This document shows, one piece after another, positions 56,702 to 64,000 of a DNA stretch of 64,000 bases. Numbering within the stretch: position 1 is the stretch's first letter; every line of letters starts with the position of its first letter. The position numbers were made by a program, and so were the translations under genes. The stretch is from assembly GCF_988242995.1 (NCBI RefSeq), contig NZ_OZ547043.1. The stretch is one strand, 5' to 3'. The notes under the pieces were generated by a model. That model was given only the letters and a program-made list of their open reading frames with translations. It did not search any database and was not told where the DNA came from.

Positions 56702-57934
56702 TTATGCCGCCAGCACGCGGTTGCGTCCATCATTTTTCGCCCGATACAAAGCATCATCAACGCGTTTAAACAGTTCATCGATGCTTTCATTTCCTTCGTG
56801 ATGCGCCACACCAATGCTGACGGTAAAGCGTGGTAAGCCTGAAATACTCACTTTTGCCACGCTTACGCGGATAGTTTCAGCCAGCGAAAGCGCGGTATCC
56901 AGTGGGGTTCTTGGTAGCAATAAGACAAACTCTTCGCCTCCCCAACGAAACACCAAATCGCCTTTGCGAGCGCAACTTTCGAGAGTGCGGGCGAGGGCGC
57001 ATAACACCTCATCACCTTTAGAATGCCCATAGAGATCGTTAATGTGTTTAAAACGATCTGTGTCGATGAGCAATAAGCTGTAATCCTGAGCGATGGCGAG
57101 GTGCTGCATTTGGCCTGGCTCGGTAATGTGATAAAACTGTCGCCGATTCAGTAATCCGGTCATCGCGTCATGGTGGGCAGCATGTTCCAGCTGCTCCTCC
57201 AGCCGTTTTTGCTCAGTAATATCATGCACAATACATAACATGAGCTTGTCGCCATAAATTTCAATCGGCCCGGCATAGGTCTGCACATGACGAGTCGAAC
57301 CATCCGCCAGTTTATGAACAAAATTCAAAGGCTTATGACCGCCTGGTAAATGCGAAATTTCATGCATGATAGGCATGACGCGACGCCCGAGCATATTTAT
57401 TTCCCAGGTATGTTTCTGGCACATCGTTTCATGGTTATAACCATAGAAATTGAGCGCGGCGAGGTTAGCATCGACGATTTGGCCATCTCGTGAGGGGTCA
57501 ATCAACAACATTGGTGCAGAGTTAGTCAGAAAAAAGCGCGCATAAAAACCTTGTTTTTTGCGCTGATAATTTGCCGAGCGACTGGCTTTTAAACCCAGCG
57601 TTGCCGGCGCTTCGATACCTTCGAAAATAATCACCGGTTCTGCTTCTGTCAGCTCTCGCAAAACAAGCCGACAGCTCAATGCTGTTTCCTCTTCATTGCG
57701 CTGAACGGTGAGGATTTCGATAATATCGTGTTGGTTTTGCAGATCGGAGAGGTATTTCGGCAGTTCTTTTTGTGAGGAGACGGAATAGGGACCGGTTCGT
57801 AGCTGACTAAACGTGAGGTCTTGCATCAACAGTCGCGCCGCGCTGTTGGCATAAATTAACTGTTCCTCAAATGGCGAAACGATCCAGACAGGACTGGTGA
57901 GTAAGTCCAGGGTATTGAAGTTGTGCGTAATCAT
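56702..57934 (-). CDS. dgcM: Diguanylate cyclase DgcM (YdaM; PAS-PAS-GGDEF), 410 aa
   Basis: Start MITHNFNTLDLLTSPVWIVSPFEE; GGEEF active-site motif. Confidence 0.9.
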   Translation of the reverse strand: MITHNFNTLDLLTSPVWIVSPFEEQLIYANSAARLLMQDLTFSQLRTGPYSVSSQKELPKYLSDLQNQHDIIEILTVQRNEEETALSCRLVLRELTEAEPVIIFEGIEAPATLGLKASRSANYQRKKQGFYARFFLTNSAPMLLIDPSRDGQIVDANLAALNFYGYNHETMCQKHTWEINMLGRRVMPIMHEISHLPGGHKPLNFVHKLADGSTRHVQTYAGPIEIYGDKLMLCIVHDITEQKRLEEQLEHAAHHDAMTGLLNRRQFYHITEPGQMQHLAIAQDYSLLLIDTDRFKHINDLYGHSKGDEVLCALARTLESCARKGDLVFRWGGEEFVLLLPRTPLDTALSLAETIRVSVAKVSISGLPRFTVSIGVAHHEGNESIDELFKRVDDALYRAKNDGRNRVLAA

Positions 57935-58167
57935 TGAGATCCCGTTATTTTTATCAATTTTTGTTGCTATCCGATCGCAAAAAAGCCACGTCATATGATC
58001 AGATAATTCTGATAATGATAGACGCTATTTAACACTTCACACGGTTTGTATATGGAAAAGCATTTTGCTTTTTGTATTCAATTTAGACAGAATTTTATTA
58101 ATCATTTCAGGGTAATGGGGGGATGAGATGTTGCGTAACAGGGCCAGAAGGCTAGACTACAAAATAA

Positions 58168-59172
<1,005 letters not shown>

Positions 59173-59218
59173 CAAAAGCAATTTTTCCGGCTATCTGTAT
59201 ACAAAAACGCCGCAAAGT

Positions 59219-59232
59219 TTGAGCGAAGTCAA
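59219..59232 (+). promoter_or_regulatory. FNR box (TTGAGCGAAGTCAA) of the fnrS promoter
   Basis: FNR-type palindrome centred ~42 bp upstream of the FnrS 5' end (class II position). Confidence 0.7.
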
Positions 59233-59267
59233 TAAACTCTCTACCCATTCAGGGCAATATCTCTCTT

Positions 59268-59389
59268 GCAGGTGAATGCAACGTCAAGCGATGGGCGTTG
59301 CGCTCCATATTGTCTTACTTCCTTTTTTGAATTACTGCATAGCACAATTGATTCGTACGACGCCGACTTTGATGAGTCGGCTTTTTTTT
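59268..59389 (+). ncRNA. fnrS: FnrS small regulatory RNA, 122 nt
   Basis: GCAGGUGAAUGCAACGUCAAGCGAUGGGCGUUGCGCUCCAUAUUGUCUUACUUCCUUUUUUGAAUUACUGCAUAGCACAAUUGAUUCGUACGACGCCGACUUUGAUGAGUCGGCUUUUUUUU with terminator hairpin and U8 tract, between zntB and dbpA. Confidence 0.85.
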
Positions 59390-59446
59390 GCCTGTTATTT
59401 ATCAGCGTCTACCCTTTAAGAGTCCACCCAATGACCGGAGGGAAAT

Positions 59447-59620
59447 ATGACGACACTTATTTATTTGCAAATTCCTGTCCCTGAACCGATTCCTGGCGAT
59501 CCTGTTCCAGTGCCCGATCCGATCCCTCGCCCGCAACCCATGCCTGACCCACCACCCGATGAAGAACCGATTAAATTGTCGCATCGTGAGCGTAGATCTG
59601 CGAGGATACGCGCCTGCTAA
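59447..59620 (+). CDS. Candidate small proline-rich protein (57 aa), not in the ORF track because it is under 60 aa
   Basis: ATG with GGAGGG Shine-Dalgarno; translation MTTLIYLQIPVPEPIPGDPVPVPDPIPRPQPMPDPPPDEEPIKLSHRERRSARIRAC; stop lies 29 nt upstream of the dbpA GTG start. Confidence 0.4.
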   Translation: MTTLIYLQIPVPEPIPGDPVPVPDPIPRPQPMPDPPPDEEPIKLSHRERRSARIRAC

Positions 59621-59649
59621 CTTTGCGTCGATGACCACGAGAATAGATT

Positions 59650-61023
59650 GTGACCGCTTTTTCTACCCTGAATGTTTTGCCTCCCGCCCAACTCACGAAC
59701 CTTAATGAGTTGGGTTATTTAACCATGACGCCGGTGCAGGCCGCCGCGCTTCCGGCGATCCTTGCCGGAAAAGATGTTCGCGTGCAGGCGAAAACCGGCA
59801 GCGGCAAAACGGCGGCTTTTGGCCTCGGCTTGTTACAGCAAATTGATGCGTCGCTATTTCAAACCCAGGCTTTAGTGCTGTGTCCTACGCGTGAACTGGC
59901 GGATCAGGTGGCAGGTGAATTGCGTCGGCTGGCGCGTTTTCTGCCAAATACCAAAATTTTGACGTTGTGCGGTGGTCAACCGTTCGGTATGCAGCGTGAT
60001 TCGTTGCAACATGCGCCGCATATTATCGTGGCAACGCCGGGCCGTTTGTTGGATCATCTGCAAAAAGGCACGGTATCACTGGATGCGTTGAATACGCTGG
60101 TGATGGATGAGGCCGACCGCATGCTGGATATGGGATTTAGCGACGCCATTGATGATGTCATCCGTTTTGCGCCTGCATCTCGACAGACGCTTCTGTTTTC
60201 GGCAACCTGGCCGGAAGCCATCGCCGCAATCAGCGGACGAGTGCAACGCGATCCTTTGGCGATTGAAATTGACTCAACAGATGCTTTGCCACCCATTGAA
60301 CAACAATTTTATGAGACATCCAGTAAAGGCAAAATTCCTCTGTTGCAACGGTTATTAAGCTTGCATCAGCCATCCTCTTGTGTGGTGTTTTGCAATACCA
60401 AAAAAGATTGCCAGGCTGTCTGCGACGCGCTGAATGAAGTAGGGCAAAGTGCATTGTCGTTACACGGCGATCTGGAGCAACGTGATCGCGATCAGACCCT
60501 GGTACGTTTTGCTAACGGTAGCGCCCGTGTACTGGTTGCGACTGATGTTGCTGCGCGAGGTCTGGATATTAAATCGCTTGAGCTGGTGGTGAACTTTGAG
60601 CTGGCGTGGGATCCTGAAGTTCATGTGCATCGCATCGGTCGTACAGCGCGTGCAGGAAATAGCGGTCTGGCGATCAGTTTCTGTGCCCCGGAAGAAGCAC
60701 AGCGGGCCAATATCATTTCTGACATGTTGCAGATAAAACTTAACTGGCAAACGCCGCCAGTTAATAGTTCCATTGTGCCGCTGGAAGCCGAAATGGCAAC
60801 GTTATGTATCGATGGCGGGAAAAAAGCCAAAATGCGCCCGGGTGATGTATTAGGTGCGCTGACAGGAGATATCGGGCTTGATGGCGCAGATATTGGCAAA
60901 ATCGCCGTGCATCCGGCGCATGTCTATGTCGCGGTGCGTCAGGCTGTTGCTCATAAAGCATGGAAACAGTTACAGGGCGGGAAGATTAAAGGAAAAACGT
61001 GCCGGGTGCGGTTATTAAAATAA
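59650..61023 (+). CDS. dbpA: ATP-dependent RNA helicase DbpA (DEAD-box), 457 aa, GTG start
   Basis: DEAD-box motifs (AKTGSGKT, DEAD, SAT, HRIGRTAR) and C-terminal RNA-binding domain. Confidence 0.93.
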   Translation: MTAFSTLNVLPPAQLTNLNELGYLTMTPVQAAALPAILAGKDVRVQAKTGSGKTAAFGLGLLQQIDASLFQTQALVLCPTRELADQVAGELRRLARFLPNTKILTLCGGQPFGMQRDSLQHAPHIIVATPGRLLDHLQKGTVSLDALNTLVMDEADRMLDMGFSDAIDDVIRFAPASRQTLLFSATWPEAIAAISGRVQRDPLAIEIDSTDALPPIEQQFYETSSKGKIPLLQRLLSLHQPSSCVVFCNTKKDCQAVCDALNEVGQSALSLHGDLEQRDRDQTLVRFANGSARVLVATDVAARGLDIKSLELVVNFELAWDPEVHVHRIGRTARAGNSGLAISFCAPEEAQRANIISDMLQIKLNWQTPPVNSSIVPLEAEMATLCIDGGKKAKMRPGDVLGALTGDIGLDGADIGKIAVHPAHVYVAVRQAVAHKAWKQLQGGKIKGKTCRVRLLK

Positions 61024-61071
61024 TGAAATGTTGAATTGCAGGGTGCAAGAGTAAACATCTTCTTCGGGATT

Positions 61072-61145
61072 GCCGGATGCGACGCTGGCCGCGTCTTATC
61101 CGGCCTCCATAAGAGTAGCCCGATAAGCTTGCGCATCGGGCGCTA
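61072..61145. repeat. BIME/REP cluster between dbpA and ttcA
   Basis: TGCCGGATGCGACGCTGGCCGCGTCTTATCCGGCCTCC matches the REP consensus, followed by a second palindrome GCCCGAT...ATCGGGC. Confidence 0.6.
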
Positions 61146-61151
61146 TCCTGG

Positions 61152-62087
61152 TTATTTCACTTCAACCACATTCAGTCGTAACTCATCCAACTGATTTTCA
61201 TCTTCTTCAGGCTGCCAACCCGCCGGTTGTAGAGGGAGCTCTTCGCGATCAAACGCCAGATCACCCCCGTTAACAACTTCAGAACCGTGGGTAATGCCTT
61301 TGAAATCGAACAGGTTGGTATCGCACAGATGCGACGGCACCACATTCTGCATCGCGCTGAACATCGTCTCGATACGCCCCGGATAACGTTTATCCCAATC
61401 ACGCAACATGTCAGCAATCACCTGACGTTGCAGGTTAGGCTGTGAACCGCACAGGTTGCACGGAATAATCGGGAACGCTTTTGCATCGGCAAAGCGCTGA
61501 ATATCTTTCTCGCGGCAGTAGGCCAGCGGACGAATCACAATATGCTTGCCATCATCGCTCATCAGTTTCGGAGGCATACCTTTCATCTTGCCGCCGTAGA
61601 ACATATTTAAGAACAACGTTTGCAGGATATCGTCACGATGGTGACCCAGCGCGATCTTCGTCGCTCCCAGTTCCGTTGCGGTACGATAAAGGATACCGCG
61701 ACGAAGACGAGAACACAGTGAGCAAGTGGTTTTGCCCTCTGGAATTTTCTCTTTCACGATACCGTAAGTGTTCTCTTCCACAATCTTGTACTCAACGCCC
61801 AGCTTTTCAAGATACTCGGGCAGAACGTGTTCCGGGAAGCCCGGTTGCTTTTGATCGAGGTTAACAGCCACCAGCGAAAAATTGATTGGCGCGCTTTGCT
61901 GCAAATTGCGCAGAATCTCCAGCATGGTATAGCTGTCTTTACCCCCGGAGAGGCAAACCATGATGCGATCGCCTTCTTCAATCATATTGAAGTCAGCAAT
62001 GGCTTCGCCCACGTTACGACGCAGACGTTTTTGTAATTTGTTCAGGTTGTATTGTTCTTTCTTTGTAATTTGTTGATTTTCTTGCAT
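61152..62087 (-). CDS. ttcA: tRNA 2-thiocytidine biosynthesis protein TtcA, 311 aa
   Basis: PP-loop motif CLSGGKDS and paired CxxC motifs; start [30 protein letters not shown]. Confidence 0.92.
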   Translation of the reverse strand: MQENQQITKKEQYNLNKLQKRLRRNVGEAIADFNMIEEGDRIMVCLSGGKDSYTMLEILRNLQQSAPINFSLVAVNLDQKQPGFPEHVLPEYLEKLGVEYKIVEENTYGIVKEKIPEGKTTCSLCSRLRRGILYRTATELGATKIALGHHRDDILQTLFLNMFYGGKMKGMPPKLMSDDGKHIVIRPLAYCREKDIQRFADAKAFPIIPCNLCGSQPNLQRQVIADMLRDWDKRYPGRIETMFSAMQNVVPSHLCDTNLFDFKGITHGSEVVNGGDLAFDREELPLQPAGWQPEEDENQLDELRLNVVEVK

Positions 62088-62138
62088 TATTTCAGTTCTC
62101 TGGTACTAAATGGGGCAAATTGGGGGCAAACTTTGCAA

Positions 62139-63374
62139 CTACGATAACCGCGCATTCAACATGGCTATCTGTTCGTCGTTCATGTCATCAATCCACATAC
62201 CGTAAATTTCATACACCATCTGCGCAGTTTCATGCCCCATTTGGCTGGCTATAAATGCCGGGTTCGCTCCTGCCGTCAACAGCCAGCAGGCAAAAGTATG
62301 CCGCGTATGGTACGGATTACGGCGGCGAATACCAGCACGTTTTACTGCTGCATTCCACCTTGCCCCCAAACTGCTTACCGAGTAATAAGGTTTTTGTTTT
62401 CCGTTACACACCCTGGGCATGAAAACAAAATGCAGTTTTTGCTTTTCGGTTCTGCCGTACTCCCGATGATAAAAGGTGATTTCGCTTTTGCGATGATGCC
62501 CGGTCAGTTTGTATTGCTCCTTCAGTGCTTCAAGAGCAGGCTGCAGTAGTGTTACTGTTCGGATCCCGGCATTTGTTTTTGGGGGACCGAACATATCAAG
62601 TATCGTCAGGTTTCTTCTGACATTCACTATTCCCTTTTCGAGATCCACATCCTCCCACGCCAGAGCTGCCAGTTCCCCGTGACGAAGTCCTGAGTAAACG
62701 GCAAATTTCCACAAGTTCTGGCTCTGTCCTTTTTCACTTTCCATTAATGCATTGAATTCTGTTTTAGATAACGGATCAGGCTTTATTCTGTTTCGCTGTA
62801 ATTTTTTTACTCCTTCAAATGGTTTGGTTGATATAAATCCCGACTGATACGCAAAACGCAACAGCGAACAGAGCAGGGCGATATAGTTATCAACTGTGCG
62901 CACGGTTCTTCCTTTTTTGTTGGATCTTGGATTATCCAGGTAAAGCGTTTCTCCATGCAGCAGTTCATTCCGGTAGTTTAAGATATCGCTATAACGAATA
63001 TGTGATATCGGGGTACTTTCACAAATTATTATTCTGAGTGTTTTTAATTGTGATTTCGTTTTCTTCATTGTGTTTGTTGTTAACTCTGTCTCTTTAATTT
63101 TTGTCCAGATATCACAAAGCTCTCCGAACGTTTTTATGACTCTCGTTGTCACCATTTTTGCCCCAGTGCTGGACTGGGGAAAACGTCTTAAATACTCAAA
63201 TTCACCGGAGTTTATTTCATGAACTATCAGCGCTCTTAAATTTCCGGCCTTTTTAATATTACTGTTTGTAATCTCCCAGCCTTTTAATGTTTCCCGACAT
63301 CGTTTTCCTCGAAACATGAACCAGATGCGAATGTATCTACCTCTAATCTCGACACCTGTTGGTAATTTAGACAT
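62139..63374 (-). CDS. intR: Rac-like prophage integrase (tyrosine recombinase), 411 aa
   Basis: Tyrosine recombinase C-terminal region (HTRHTFACWLLTAGANPAFIASQMGHETAQMVYEIYGMW); AT-rich; immediately next to the ttcA 5' end. Confidence 0.88.
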   Translation of the reverse strand: MSKLPTGVEIRGRYIRIWFMFRGKRCRETLKGWEITNSNIKKAGNLRALIVHEINSGEFEYLRRFPQSSTGAKMVTTRVIKTFGELCDIWTKIKETELTTNTMKKTKSQLKTLRIIICESTPISHIRYSDILNYRNELLHGETLYLDNPRSNKKGRTVRTVDNYIALLCSLLRFAYQSGFISTKPFEGVKKLQRNRIKPDPLSKTEFNALMESEKGQSQNLWKFAVYSGLRHGELAALAWEDVDLEKGIVNVRRNLTILDMFGPPKTNAGIRTVTLLQPALEALKEQYKLTGHHRKSEITFYHREYGRTEKQKLHFVFMPRVCNGKQKPYYSVSSLGARWNAAVKRAGIRRRNPYHTRHTFACWLLTAGANPAFIASQMGHETAQMVYEIYGMWIDDMNDEQIAMLNARLS

Positions 63375-63375
63375 A

Positions 63376-63591
63376 TCATGAGTCTTTGATAAACTGATTT
63401 ATCTTTGGATAGTTGTACCAGATAATCCCTCGTTTGCTGTCTGGCTTACCTAAAGGAGATACTCGTTTGAAGTGGAAGCCCTCCACCCAACAGTTCTGGC
63501 GGTATGCTTCAATTTGTCTGGCCCCCAGACCAGTGCGAAGCATCAGGCCGTATTCAACCATCCACTCTTCATTAAAGATTACTTGTGCCAT
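63376..63591 (-). CDS. xisR: Prophage excisionase XisR (YdaQ), ~71 aa
   Basis: Small [38 protein letters not shown]... directly upstream of the integrase. Confidence 0.75.
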   Translation of the reverse strand: MAQVIFNEEWMVEYGLMLRTGLGARQIEAYRQNCWVEGFHFKRVSPLGKPDSKRGIIWYNYPKINQFIKDS

Positions 63592-63669
63592 CGCATCACC
63601 TCTGGCAGGCGCCAATGTTAGACTGAAATTGACGCCCGATGTTGATTATTAATAATCAGCTATGAAGTT

Positions 63670-63891
63670 TTAATTTGAATACAATGCAATTCTCGAGGAC
63701 TGAAGTTTCTCGCAATTAAAATTTATCAGTTTTACTTTCTGCTCTCTGGAAACGCCTGCTTCTTTTTTACCTGAGAGCATTTTTTCGCATTCTGATTTCG
63801 TTAGTTTAGATTTTGAATATCTTGTCCAGTTAGTAGGAGTGCCACCTTCCTTTTCAATAGTGGCGGTAATTTTATACATGAACACCTCCAT
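63670..63891 (-). CDS. ydaC: Rac-like prophage small protein YdaC (DUF1187); start approximate
   Basis: MEVFMYKITATIEKEGGTPTNWTRYSKSKLTKSECEKMLSGKKEAGVSREQKVKLINFNCEKLQ...; the ORF track has an N-terminal extension. Confidence 0.65.
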   Translation of the reverse strand: MEVFMYKITATIEKEGGTPTNWTRYSKSKLTKSECEKMLSGKKEAGVSREQKVKLINFNCEKLQSSRIALYSN

Positions 63892-64000
63892 TATTATTTC
63901 CAGTGGTTCGTTTATTCCATCTTTCGAGTGCTTCTTTTTCACTTCCACCATAACCGGTTCGGGATTCGCATCCGTTACACTTCGCTCGGTAATATCCTGA

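Noticed and set aside
59266-59484. 72-aa plus-strand ORF
   Set aside because: Covers the FnrS sRNA and its terminator; the sRNA explains the region. The downstream proline-rich ORF is in a different frame and is treated separately.

Overview
This window reads as a ~64-kb stretch of an Escherichia coli chromosome, largely colinear with the K-12 map from yciT to the left end of the Rac prophage, but from a non-K-12 lineage. All identifications are from reading the translated ORFs and motifs against remembered E. coli proteins and gene order; no database search was run. Gene order: yciT (partial), yciZ, pdeR, rnb, yciW, fabI, a five-gene efflux module, sapFDCBA, ymjA, puuP, puuA, puuD, puuR, puuC, puuB, puuE, an IS3-family insertion sequence, pspF, pspABCDE, ycjX, ycjF, tyrR, tpx, ycjG, mpaA, an intact ymjC-like gene, ycjY, pgrR, mppA, ynaI, ynaJ, uspE, fnr, ogt, abgTBA, abgR, McaS sRNA, smrA, dgcM, zntB, FnrS sRNA, dbpA, ttcA, then Rac-like intR, xisR and ydaC. 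Differences from K-12 as I remember it: (1) a TetR-regulated MFP-RND-OMP-MFS efflux operon sits between fabI and sapF where K-12 has ycjD; (2) a 1432-bp IS1397-like element is inserted in a REP palindromic unit between puuE and pspF; (3) the ycjM-ycjW/ompG block is absent between pspE and ycjX; (4) the K-12 IS5 between ynaI and ynaJ is absent; (5) the ymjC-like gene is intact. No CRISPR array, tRNA or rRNA was seen. The most interesting items are the efflux module with its palindromic candidate operators, an unlisted 57-codon proline-rich ORF immediately upstream of a GTG-initiated dbpA, and a ~32-bp element shared by the mpaA and mppA upstream regions. I found nothing I can call a clearly undescribed system; most of the window is well-known core genome.
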